64,000 bases of DNA from a virus. Of the stretch, positions 53,451 to 61,853 are shown in pieces. Under the pieces are notes generated by a model. That model did not search any database and was not told where the DNA came from. It was given only the letters and a program-made list of their open reading frames with translations. The stretch spans positions 96,001-160,000 of the IMG/VR virus record IMGVR_UViG_3300003690_003472; one strand, 5' to 3'. A program made the position numbers and the translations under genes. Positions within the stretch are counted from its first letter, which is position 1. Each line of letters begins with the position of its first letter.

Positions 53451-54941
53451 ATGGTAGATTTAAACAAAATAGTAGACAATTATTATAATTCCAACAACGT
53501 AACATTTGAAAACATACTTCAACTAATTGAAGAAGTCGTAAATCAAAAAACACTTTTTGAAAAGATGCAACTTGATCCCGGCGAAGAAAAAGATATAACA
53601 ATTCACTTTCCTAAAATTCGAATTACTGAAGACTTTGGTAAAATTGGTACCGAAGATCGCACAATGATCGAAAAATTCACTAAAAATGTTGTTGGCAATA
53701 CATTGGAAGAAAAATTAACTGCACTTAATAATATATTAACAACAAAAAAAGAAGACGCAACCATAGCAGAAATTCTTTCAACCATGGTGACTTGCGAAAT
53801 TCTTTATGCAATTGTTACAAATTTTACTGAATCTGCTGGTGGTTTTATTTTCGAGGGGTTTCTCGCTGGTTTGTTTGGAGGCCAATCAATTCAAATTCAA
53901 TCAGCCGCAGATATTCCTGCAACTTCAGGCGAAGATGAGTCTGGTGTGACTGGAAAACCAATCACCGATGTAATATTGGGAGATAAACACTATTCTTTGA
54001 AGCTCCTAGGTGAAGCCACAGAAGTTAAAGGCTCTTTTAGAAATATGGTTGAACACTTTAGAAAATATGATCACGTAATTTATTTAGATGCAAGACGAAT
54101 AGGGCACAACGAAGGGCTTCAATTTGGTGAATTTATAATTACTTTAGGTAATTTCATAGAGGTTTTTGTTGACCCATTTTTAAAGCAAGTTTACAGAAAA
54201 GAAGCAGATCACTTTGAAGATGCCACTAAATTTAAACAGAAAGTTGCAGAACTAGCTGCAAACAACTTAGCTATTAAAAAGATTTCTTTTGGCACCCCAG
54301 GATTTTTTGCAGCCAAATCAGATTCAAGATCTTTTAAATTTGCCCCGGGGCTAGAGCCCGACGTTATAAAAGAACAAACCGGATTGGGAAATACACAATT
54401 AAGCGAGCTTGTTCATCAAATAATTAATTCACCCGAAGATGAGTTACAGCAGTACGCAAATTTTTCCATAATATATGCTGAAAGTAAGTTTGAAGGTACA
54501 AAAGCAGAAAAATTATTTGGATCATATGCAATTGTTGAACAACTACAAAGAGCTATTGAAAGCGGAGACAAGGAAGATATACTTAAATCTTTAGAAATGA
54601 CCCCTGGCTATGCTTCTGGAGCCGGTCAAAGTCCCCAGCAATTTATATTTACGAGAGACCAAGCAGAAAACATTAAAAGCTATAGAGAAATTGGCACCTT
54701 AATGGTTGGCGAAGAACATATGAAAGCAACGTTTGCTATATATGCCGACCTACTTAAAGAAACTATTTCTCCCGTATATGAACAATTACAGTTTTTTACA
54801 AACAATATAAATGATTATTTCTTAGGTGTAAGCAATGAAGAGGTAGAACAAGATAGAAAACAATATGCACTAAGTGCAATTAATAATGCTCAAAATCTTG
54901 AAAAGGCCACGCACAATGCTGTAGAAAAAATTGAAAAATAG
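53451..54941 (+). CDS. Hypothetical late protein, possible PD-(D/E)xK-like domain
   Basis: GFIFEGFLAGLFGG...ITDVILG..HYSLKL. Confidence 0.5.
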   Translation: MVDLNKIVDNYYNSNNVTFENILQLIEEVVNQKTLFEKMQLDPGEEKDITIHFPKIRITEDFGKIGTEDRTMIEKFTKNVVGNTLEEKLTALNNILTTKKEDATIAEILSTMVTCEILYAIVTNFTESAGGFIFEGFLAGLFGGQSIQIQSAADIPATSGEDESGVTGKPITDVILGDKHYSLKLLGEATEVKGSFRNMVEHFRKYDHVIYLDARRIGHNEGLQFGEFIITLGNFIEVFVDPFLKQVYRKEADHFEDATKFKQKVAELAANNLAIKKISFGTPGFFAAKSDSRSFKFAPGLEPDVIKEQTGLGNTQLSELVHQIINSPEDELQQYANFSIIYAESKFEGTKAEKLFGSYAIVEQLQRAIESGDKEDILKSLEMTPGYASGAGQSPQQFIFTRDQAENIKSYREIGTLMVGEEHMKATFAIYADLLKETISPVYEQLQFFTNNINDYFLGVSNEEVEQDRKQYALSAINNAQNLEKATHNAVEKIEK

Positions 54942-54942
54942 C

Positions 54943-54971
54943 TTGACATTTCATGTATAATATATTATAGT
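54943..54971 (+). promoter_or_regulatory. sigma70-type promoter for groEL
   Basis: TTGACA-N17-TATAGT. Confidence 0.7.
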
Positions 54972-54996
54972 TTAAAGCAAGACAATTGGAGGATAC

Positions 54997-56571
54997 ATGC
55001 CACGAAAATATGAATCTGGAACAAGCTTACAACAGAAAATTTTAAAAGGTGTTAATGTGTTAGCAGATAATGTTGCTTCAACACTAGGTCCGCGAGGACG
55101 CAACGTTATTTTACATCATCCAGAACAAAATCCTGTAATTACAAAAGATGGAGTAGCCGTCGCTAGATTTATAGAACTTGAAGATCCATTTGAAAATGTT
55201 GGCATACAAATAATTAAACAAGCCGCTTCCCAAACTAGCATCGAAGCTGGCGACGGCACCACAACTTCTACTGTTTTAGCTAGAGCAATTCTCACACAAG
55301 CACAGCGATATTTAATGGCTGGCGCCGCGCCCATTGAACTTAAAAAAGGTATTGATAAGGCTGTAAAAGTTATTGTACAAAATTTAAAAGAAATTGCACA
55401 ACCCATTGCTTCCATGGAAGATGTCACACATATTGCAACAATATCAGCAAACAATGATAGTACTATAGGAAAATTAATTGCTAAAGCAGTAGAATTGGCA
55501 GGTAAAGATGGCGCAATTAGTATTGAAGAAGCACGATCAGCTGAGACAAGCCTAGATTTATTAGAAGGTTTTCGCTTTGATTCTGGATATATAGCAAATG
55601 CTTTTGTAACAGATGAAAAAAGGGGAATAGTAAGGTATGATGATCCGTTAATTTTAATTACAGATGAAAAAATCGACTCCGTTGAAGAATTGATGCCTGT
55701 TTTAGAATTAGCTGCAAGAGAAGGGCGCCCATTTATTATTGTAGCTGAAAACATTGAAGGACAAGCGTTGGCTGCATTAATAATGAATGCTGTGCGCGGC
55801 ACCATGCGCATTGTTGCTATAAAAGCACCACGATATGGTGAAGAAAGACGTAATATCCTCCAAGATTTATCTTTATCAGTAGGTGCAACTTTTGTTTCAA
55901 GACAAAACAATTTAAGACTACGTGATATAAAATTGAATCATTTTGGAAAAGCAAAATCTTTTGAAAGCAGCAAAAGTTTTACAACAATTGTTGGTGGAAA
56001 AGGCAGCATGGAAGACATAGAAAAAAGAATAGATTTACTAAAGGCACAGGTGAGGGAAACAGACAGCTTAAAAGATTGTGAAAAAATTCAAGAAAGAATT
56101 ACGAGACTCGCTAGTGGCATAGCTGTTATTCGAGTCGGCGCTGCAACAGAAGTAGAAATGGTAGAGAAAAAGCATCGAATTGAAGATGCGCTCGAAGCTG
56201 TTAATGCAGCCCAACTTGAAGGAATTGTTCCTGGAGGAGGAGTTGCATTAATTCGAGCAAGCAAAAACATAAAAGTAGAAACCAACAGCGAAGATCAAAA
56301 GCTTGGAGTAAAAATAGTTTGCGAAGCAGTTAAAGAGCCTTTAAGACAAATGGCACTAAATGGTGGATATTCTCCTGATATTTTTATTTCACTAGTTTCT
56401 AAAGCTAGTGGAAATAAAGGAATTAATTTTAATACAGGGAAATTAATAGATCTTTTAGAAGCTGGGATTGTTGATCCAGTAAAAGTTACTCGATGCGCAT
56501 TGCAAAACGCGGCATCAGTTTCTTCAACTTTAATCACAACCAATCACGCCATTATAGAGTCTTCTAACTAA
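54997..56571 (+). CDS. groEL: Chaperonin GroEL
   Basis: LGPRGRNV, ITKDGV, GDGTTT, EKKHRIEDAL, GIVPGGG, GIVDPVKV. No GGM tail. Confidence 0.95.
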   Translation: MPRKYESGTSLQQKILKGVNVLADNVASTLGPRGRNVILHHPEQNPVITKDGVAVARFIELEDPFENVGIQIIKQAASQTSIEAGDGTTTSTVLARAILTQAQRYLMAGAAPIELKKGIDKAVKVIVQNLKEIAQPIASMEDVTHIATISANNDSTIGKLIAKAVELAGKDGAISIEEARSAETSLDLLEGFRFDSGYIANAFVTDEKRGIVRYDDPLILITDEKIDSVEELMPVLELAAREGRPFIIVAENIEGQALAALIMNAVRGTMRIVAIKAPRYGEERRNILQDLSLSVGATFVSRQNNLRLRDIKLNHFGKAKSFESSKSFTTIVGGKGSMEDIEKRIDLLKAQVRETDSLKDCEKIQERITRLASGIAVIRVGAATEVEMVEKKHRIEDALEAVNAAQLEGIVPGGGVALIRASKNIKVETNSEDQKLGVKIVCEAVKEPLRQMALNGGYSPDIFISLVSKASGNKGINFNTGKLIDLLEAGIVDPVKVTRCALQNAASVSSTLITTNHAIIESSN

Positions 56572-56574
56572 TTA
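56567..56574 (+). promoter_or_regulatory. Candidate late promoter ACTAATTA
   Basis: Before ATG 56596. Confidence 0.55.
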
Positions 56575-56595
56575 TAGACACAGGGGGACTTTCTA

Positions 56596-56865
56596 ATGCC
56601 AAACGATTCTGCGGTTGCATTTGCTGAAATTTCTGGAAAGTTTGATCAAATGATTGACAAAATAGAAACAGTAAAAGAAAAACAAGATGAAATGGCTGCG
56701 GATATAGTTCAAATTAAAGAAGCCGTTTATAATCCAGATCAAGGATTATATGCGCGCTTAAGAGAATTAGAGTCCTGGAAAGAAACCTCTGCACACCTTC
56801 TTTGGATTATAACTACTGCTGTTGTAGGTCTTATTGCTGCAACCATATATAAATCTTTTTTTTAA
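56596..56865 (+). CDS. Coiled-coil protein with a C-terminal TM helix (holin/XhlA-like topology)
   Basis: Coiled coil followed by LLWIITTAVVGLIAATIY. Late motif upstream. Confidence 0.45.
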   Translation: MPNDSAVAFAEISGKFDQMIDKIETVKEKQDEMAADIVQIKEAVYNPDQGLYARLRELESWKETSAHLLWIITTAVVGLIAATIYKSFF

Positions 56866-56866
56866 C

Positions 56867-56894
56867 TTGACAAATAATTAACATGTTGTATAAT
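56867..56894 (+). promoter_or_regulatory. sigma70-type promoter
   Basis: TTGACA-N16-TATAAT. Confidence 0.7.
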
Positions 56895-56916
56895 TAATAC
56901 TATAAAGGAGGCGTTT

Positions 56917-57249
56917 ATGCGCGTAAATGTAACTTATTCAATAGAACTTGATGAAATAAAACAGCTTGTTAGAGAGCTTCTCTTGAAAGCAGAGGATGAT
57001 TTGCAAGAATTGCAAGAATTGTTTTTAAAAGTAAAAGTTGACATTGAAAAGGATAAAGATCAAAATGTTGCGACACTATTAAAAGAATGTAGGTCAAGCT
57101 TATCATCTTTAGATCACAATATATTTGATGCTGGAAACATTCTATCTGGATATCAACAAACCTCTCTTCGCATAGAAAGAGAACAACAAAAGACACCAAC
57201 AAACTTTGAGGAAATCACAGGTGGGGAGCAAAGCAATGAAAGCGGGTGA
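56917..57249 (+). CDS. Hypothetical helical protein
   Basis: AAGGAGG RBS. Confidence 0.6.
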   Translation: MRVNVTYSIELDEIKQLVRELLLKAEDDLQELQELFLKVKVDIEKDKDQNVATLLKECRSSLSSLDHNIFDAGNILSGYQQTSLRIEREQQKTPTNFEEITGGEQSNESG

Positions 57250-57511
57250 TTTAGTTTATGTGCCAGCACATATCACCTTAATGGAATTCGATGAGACTAT
57301 AAAGGATGTTGACCCAGAAAAAACCTATGTTGGTCCTTCTCCTTTGCGCTTTCATAAATTGGAAAAGCCCACAAATCTTCTTTTATTAGAAGTCACGGCT
57401 GAATGGCAAAACGACAACGACCAGTGGCTTCCAGTTTTATATCATGGAAAAAGGTTTTATATCGACAAACATGATATTTTACCTTATCAGGAGGAAAGAT
57501 GGTTAGATTAG
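57236..57511 (+). CDS. SH3/KOW-like hypothetical protein
   Basis: MKAGDLVYV start with GGGGAG RBS. Confidence 0.5.
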   Translation: MKAGDLVYVPAHITLMEFDETIKDVDPEKTYVGPSPLRFHKLEKPTNLLLLEVTAEWQNDNDQWLPVLYHGKRFYIDKHDILPYQEERWLD

Positions 57512-57777
57512 TAGAAGTATATAGAAACTCAACTCAAACATATACTTTGAGAGAAGTATATATTAATCCAAAACATGTTGTTTCTTTAAGAGAAGACGAT
57601 AGCATTAAAAAAAAGTTAAACGAAGGTACTCTTCCAGCTGGCTTAGATGATTCTCATCGTTTCACGAGACTTGTATTAGACAAAGGCCGAACAGGCGCTG
57701 AATTAATTATAGTTGGTGAACCCAAAACCATACAAGAAAAAATGAAGGAGAAAAAAAATGAACTTCTCCTTGGATGA
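57499..57777 (+). CDS. Hypothetical protein (weak FlbD-like pattern)
   Basis: YINPKHVVSLRE...TRLVL...IIVGEPKTIQEKM. Confidence 0.45.
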   Translation: MVRLVEVYRNSTQTYTLREVYINPKHVVSLREDDSIKKKLNEGTLPAGLDDSHRFTRLVLDKGRTGAELIIVGEPKTIQEKMKEKKNELLLG

Positions 57778-58033
57778 TAAACATTACATTTTGTGGATTA
57801 AATCTCATTGTCCGTGGTGTCAAAAAGCAGTTGATATTTTATCTAACAAACTCTTGTCTTATAAAGTGTTTGATATGGAAGAGCGCTTAGAGGAACTAGA
57901 GTTGTTGAAGAACAAGCTTGATTGGCAAACCGTACCAATTGTTTTTGAAGTTAACGTAAAAGGCGACTTTAAATTAGTTGGAGGCTACACTGACTTAGAA
58001 AAATATCTAGGCGAGACAAATGATTCCATGTAA
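57758..58033 (+). CDS. Glutaredoxin
   Basis: CPWC, TVPIVF, VGGYTDL. Confidence 0.9.
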   Translation: MNFSLDDKHYILWIKSHCPWCQKAVDILSNKLLSYKVFDMEERLEELELLKNKLDWQTVPIVFEVNVKGDFKLVGGYTDLEKYLGETNDSM

Positions 58034-58424
58034 ATTGTTGGCAACTATAAAAAACAAATATATGGAAAACGACTCTCTAGAAAGAAGATTTGGTCACTAC
58101 TTAAATTCTTTTTATCCGATAAAAGGATTTGGACGTGATTGTTGGGTGGTCGTTGTTAACATTTTGGTTGACTATGAACAATATTTAAAAGAAGGTTTAA
58201 ACGAAGAAAAGATTACATTGGAATGTATTAAATATTTAAATCATAGACCAAAAAGTAAATATGGCAAAAGGCGCAGACGTAAAGCAACTTATGGTATTTT
58301 TCGAAACATTCCTTATTCTTTTAAACCGAAAGAAAAAGACGGTAAAAAAATCATACAAACACTGTTAGTTGTAGAAGAACGAAAAAACAAAAACTTCTGG
58401 GGAGAAGGAAGAAAAGATATATAA
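58020..58424 (+). CDS. Hypothetical protein
   Basis: Operon-style overlap, 134 aa. Confidence 0.5.
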   Translation: MIPCKLLATIKNKYMENDSLERRFGHYLNSFYPIKGFGRDCWVVVVNILVDYEQYLKEGLNEEKITLECIKYLNHRPKSKYGKRRRRKATYGIFRNIPYSFKPKEKDGKKIIQTLLVVEERKNKNFWGEGRKDI

Positions 58425-58429
58425 CACCT

Positions 58430-58774
58430 ATGTCAAAAGAAGAAAAAATAATTTTATACACACTAGACGAAGAATCCATGTATAATTATTTTTTAAAAAT
58501 AGAACTAGATAGAAAAATTATATCTGATTTTTTATTTAAAGAAGAATCCTCAATAACTCGGAACAACAGGAGTGCAATGTGTGAATATTTTACTCTTCTG
58601 GATGGTCTTGAAAACGTTTTAGAAGAAATATTAGATGATGATTGTAAAGACGAGACCACCGACTCTTATATTACCACAACACAACAAGCCGCGCGCATTT
58701 CCATATACATGGAAGGTATTGTTCATGCTAAACAAATTTTAAATAGTCAAAACATTTCTCTTTATTTACATTAG
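58430..58774 (+). CDS. Hypothetical protein
   Basis: 114-aa ORF. Confidence 0.5.
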   Translation: MSKEEKIILYTLDEESMYNYFLKIELDRKIISDFLFKEESSITRNNRSAMCEYFTLLDGLENVLEEILDDDCKDETTDSYITTTQQAARISIYMEGIVHAKQILNSQNISLYLH

Positions 58775-58780
58775 TGGCCT

Positions 58781-58788
58781 ACTATTTA
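58781..58788 (+). promoter_or_regulatory. Candidate late promoter ACTATTTA (leaderless context)
   Basis: 4 nt before ATG 58793. Confidence 0.55.
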
Positions 58789-58792
58789 TTTT

Positions 58793-59251
58793 ATGACCAT
58801 TCTCGCTTCTTTTTTGATCGCCTATTTATATGGTGGCGTCGCAGAATGGATTTTTCATAAATATATTCTCCACGGCCGCGGAAAAAACAAAAAAAGTATT
58901 TTTTCTTTTCACTGGCACTCTCACCATAAAGCATGTAGAAAAAACAACAATATTGATAAAAATTATAAATTTCCCCTTGCTACCCCAGTAAGAAGAGAAA
59001 TTTTATTTTTATCTTTGCTTAGTTTAATTCATTTTCCAATTTATTTTATTGCACCATATTTTTTTATTGGAATTGTTTTGTATCTCTGTAGATATTTTTA
59101 TTTTCATAGGCGCGCCCACCTAGATGTACAATGGGGACGAAGAAAAATGCCATGGCATTATGATCACCACATGGGAAAAAATCAGGATTTAAACTGGGGA
59201 GTTACCGTTCAGTGGATTGATAAACTATTTAATACAAGAAGGAAATATTAG
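58793..59251 (+). CDS. Fatty acid hydroxylase/sterol desaturase superfamily membrane enzyme
   Basis: His boxes HKYILH, HWHSHH, HRRAH and HYDHH plus TM segments. Confidence 0.85.
   Translation: MTILASFLIAYLYGGVAEWIFHKYILHGRGKNKKSIFSFHWHSHHKACRKNNNIDKNYKFPLATPVRREILFLSLLSLIHFPIYFIAPYFFIGIVLYLCRYFYFHRRAHLDVQWGRRKMPWHYDHHMGKNQDLNWGVTVQWIDKLFNTRRKY
59224..59231 (+). promoter_or_regulatory. Candidate late promoter ACTATTTA
   Basis: Before the GGAGG RBS and GTG 59263. Confidence 0.55.
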
Positions 59252-59262
59252 GAGGCTTTATT

Positions 59263-59547
59263 GTGAAACAAATGAAAAATACTTTATTTTGGTCAACAAC
59301 TCTCATAATAACGGCCTTAATATATATTTATACACTTAGTAGCTTCCCATTAGCACACGCAAAACCACCTCCAACGAAATCAAAATTTTATGACTTTAAT
59401 GAGCAAATAATTGATGGTGAAATTCGCAAACCAACCGCAACATATATAGATTCACGCGAAAAAGCAAAATTTGAAAGGCTCTTGAAATTGAAAAAATCTT
59501 TCATGCCTGAGCTTTTTAAAACTCACAAAAACAAAGTATTTAAATAG
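59263..59547 (+). CDS. GltF/CglF-like gliding-motility protein with signal peptide
   Basis: Signal peptide ending AHA, then YDFNEQIIDGEIRKPTATYIDSREKAKFERLLKLKKSF, matching my recollection of the GltF core DF.D..IEG.L.KP.G.Y...R.......LI..R..F. Confidence 0.7.
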   Translation: MKQMKNTLFWSTTLIITALIYIYTLSSFPLAHAKPPPTKSKFYDFNEQIIDGEIRKPTATYIDSREKAKFERLLKLKKSFMPELFKTHKNKVFK

Positions 59548-59727
59548 TAAAACATATCCTTAATTATTAAAAAATAAATAAATTTGTTCATAATGATGCT
59601 TTTTATTATTCATAAGCATATGTATTTATAGAGGTGTGAATCTTTTTTCACACTTTCCCAACCAATATATTTTTATTTTTCTCTTTCTTTATAAAAAAGA
59701 ACGAGTTTTATGTGGAGGTCTGTTTAG

Positions 59728-60399
59728 GTGTCAATAAATGTGAAGGCTCGGTATCTTTTTTTAGCTCTTGTACCATACTTCGCATTCTATTTTTTAATTC
59801 AATCATTAATTCAAACAGGTAGTTATAATTTGTTAACAGAAATGGATTTAAAAATACCTTTTATACCTTATTTCATTTGGATATATCACACAATTTTACC
59901 GGTGATTCTTGTGACAAGCTTTCTTATATTACAAAAAAAAGATATATTTTTAGCGTTAATGTTTTCAAATATTTTTGCTGGTATTGTATTATGTTTGTTT
60001 TATGTATTATTTCCAGCATTTTACCCAAGAGAAATGTTTGTTGATACAGCTACGATATCGGGATGGCTCATTGAAATGACACAATCTATCGATGGCCCCC
60101 ACAACACTTTCCCATCAAGCCATGTAACTTTTGCATGGCTTTTGGTGTTTTTTGCAAACCTTTCCCAATATGTAAAAGGACATCGATGGCTTCGTCTTGT
60201 TTATTTTTATTGGGCTATCCTGATATCAATTTCCACTCTCATGCTTAAACAACACTATATAGTGGATGTAATTTCTGGTTTTGCACTAGCTATACTCATG
60301 TATTTCTTGTGTAAGCGTTTATTTGTGAGAGAGGCCGCCCCCAAACAACTAATTACTTTAGATGTTAAATTCGTTTCCTCAAGAAGCCTTGCAGAATGA
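59728..60399 (+). CDS. PAP2-superfamily membrane enzyme (AUR1/IPC-synthase-like type)
   Basis: NTFPSSH and STLMLKQHYIVDV motifs, about six TM helices. Lacks the KxxxxxxRP motif of true phosphatases. Confidence 0.8.
   Translation: MSINVKARYLFLALVPYFAFYFLIQSLIQTGSYNLLTEMDLKIPFIPYFIWIYHTILPVILVTSFLILQKKDIFLALMFSNIFAGIVLCLFYVLFPAFYPREMFVDTATISGWLIEMTQSIDGPHNTFPSSHVTFAWLLVFFANLSQYVKGHRWLRLVYFYWAILISISTLMLKQHYIVDVISGFALAILMYFLCKRLFVREAAPKQLITLDVKFVSSRSLAE
60348..60355 (+). promoter_or_regulatory. Candidate late promoter ACTAATTA (leaderless context)
   Basis: 6 nt before ATG 60362. Confidence 0.5.
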
Positions 60400-60964
60400 A
60401 TGCCACTTAATTATACAAGAGGTTTTGGGGGATTCTTATATTAGAGTGTTCATTGGAGATTTCTCTCTTGTAGAAGATGACAAGAAAAAAATTACACATG
60501 TAAACTGTAAAATATTTTTTTCAAACAACCGAGAAGAAACAATAGAAGGAAAAGGGCACGGAATCGTTGATGCTTTATTTAATTCTATTATACAGAAATA
60601 TTCCAGCGAATATACTTCCTTAACTCAAGTAAGGTTTGATGACTTTATCATGAAAGTTAATTTTAAGAGCGCCAACAGCAGAAGTACAGACTCACCAGTT
60701 GAAATAAAATTAGCTTTGAAAACTATTACTAGGAGAGAGCAAAATATATTTTTTTCTGCAACGGCGCGCTCAATGGTGGTTGCTGCAATATCAGTCATTA
60801 GAAAAGCGTTTGAATATTTTATAAATGCGGAAGCTGCCGTATTAGTGCTACAAGAAAGCATAAAAGACGCGCGCGCGCGCAACAGGAGAGATTTAAACAA
60901 TAAATATGTTTCTCAAATGGCACAGTTGGTACAAATAGTTTCTTATGAAGATGTGCTCTTATAA
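60362..60964 (+). CDS. Stand-alone LeuA-type allosteric (regulatory) domain protein
   Basis: EGKGHGIVDALFNSI ~ GNGPVDAVYQAI. STDSPVEI ~ GKDALGQV. RSMVVAAISVIRKAF ~ DIVESSAKAMVHVL. Confidence 0.7.
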   Translation: MLNSFPQEALQNECHLIIQEVLGDSYIRVFIGDFSLVEDDKKKITHVNCKIFFSNNREETIEGKGHGIVDALFNSIIQKYSSEYTSLTQVRFDDFIMKVNFKSANSRSTDSPVEIKLALKTITRREQNIFFSATARSMVVAAISVIRKAFEYFINAEAAVLVLQESIKDARARNRRDLNNKYVSQMAQLVQIVSYEDVLL

Positions 60965-60985
60965 AACTGAAATATATTTATTTTT

Positions 60986-61186
60986 GTGAAGATAGGTGAT
61001 ATAGTTCAATGGACGCCCGTTTATGCACAGCATAAATATATGCCGAGGTGGATGGGTATAATTATTGAAATCAAAGAAGCAAAAGATAAAACGCAAGTAA
61101 AAGTTTATTGGTTCAGCAACAACGAAAATTATTACATGGCAGATTGGACTTCAGTTGAACAGCTAAAAAGAATTTCTAGTTCTTAA
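60986..61186 (+). CDS. Small SH3/KOW-like protein
   Basis: MKIGDIVQW...GIIIEI...VKVYW. Confidence 0.55.
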   Translation: MKIGDIVQWTPVYAQHKYMPRWMGIIIEIKEAKDKTQVKVYWFSNNENYYMADWTSVEQLKRISSS

Positions 61187-61196
61187 TATTTTTTTA

Positions 61197-61226
61197 TTGA
61201 CAAATATGTATTTTTTTTGTTACACT
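61197..61226 (+). promoter_or_regulatory. sigma70-type promoter
   Basis: TTGACA-N18-TACACT with TG extension. Confidence 0.6.
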
Positions 61227-61264
61227 TCTAATAGGAATATTTTTATTTTTGTGGGAGGAACAAA

Positions 61265-61453
61265 ATGATTAAAATTGGAGATACTGTTAAAGTAATTGCC
61301 AAAGAAAACGAAAAATACGGGAAAGTTGGCACCGTAACTAATATATTAGATTATGAAAGATATCAAACTGCTCGCGTATCCTTTAGTTCAAGCTTGTTTG
61401 ATTATATTGATGTTAATGATTGGAGCCTGAAAAAAATATGCTCAAATTCATAA
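61265..61453 (+). CDS. Small KOW-like protein
   Basis: IKIGDTVKVI.....YGKVGTVTNI. Confidence 0.65.
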   Translation: MIKIGDTVKVIAKENEKYGKVGTVTNILDYERYQTARVSFSSSLFDYIDVNDWSLKKICSNS

Positions 61454-61629
61454 AAACAGGTGATTTAGTAAGAGTCCATGGACACAATGGACCCACCATT
61501 AATGTAATAACTAAAATAGAAAAGCGTCGTAATCATTATGGAACTCATGATATTTATGCCAACGTTTTTGGCTGTGACTCAGAGTTTTTTCATGAAAAAG
61601 ACATGGTACTAATCAGTGCAAGTCGGTGA
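61438..61629 (+). CDS. Small SH3/KOW-like protein
   Basis: IKTGDLVRV. GGAG RBS before ATG 61438. Confidence 0.55.
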   Translation: MLKFIKTGDLVRVHGHNGPTINVITKIEKRRNHYGTHDIYANVFGCDSEFFHEKDMVLISASR

Positions 61630-61789
61630 TTTGGTTGAGCATGAAAAGTTTGGCATAGGAATCGTAACTGAAATCAGCGAACCTACTCCTCTTTTTGCAT
61701 ATCAAATCGCGTCAGTTAATTTTAACAATGGTCAATTGGAGCAACTAGTAACGACAGTTTTACATCAAATAAAAAAAGAAAAAAATTGA
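61616..61789 (+). CDS. Tudor-like miniprotein resembling the UvrD/PcrA C-terminal domain (not in ORF track)
   Basis: GTG 61616 opens MQVGDLVEHEKFGIGIVTEI...VNF..G (57 aa), stop 61787-61789. Confidence 0.6.
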   Translation: MQVGDLVEHEKFGIGIVTEISEPTPLFAYQIASVNFNNGQLEQLVTTVLHQIKKEKN

Positions 61790-61797
61790 AATTTCTC

Positions 61798-61826
61798 TTG
61801 ACTTTTTCTTGGTGATGCAGTATAAT
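61798..61826 (+). promoter_or_regulatory. Strong sigma70-type early promoter with A-rich UP element
   Basis: TTGACT-N17-TATAAT preceded by A tracts. Confidence 0.8.
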
Positions 61827-61853
61827 TATAATGAACAGTCGAGGAGAGGATAA

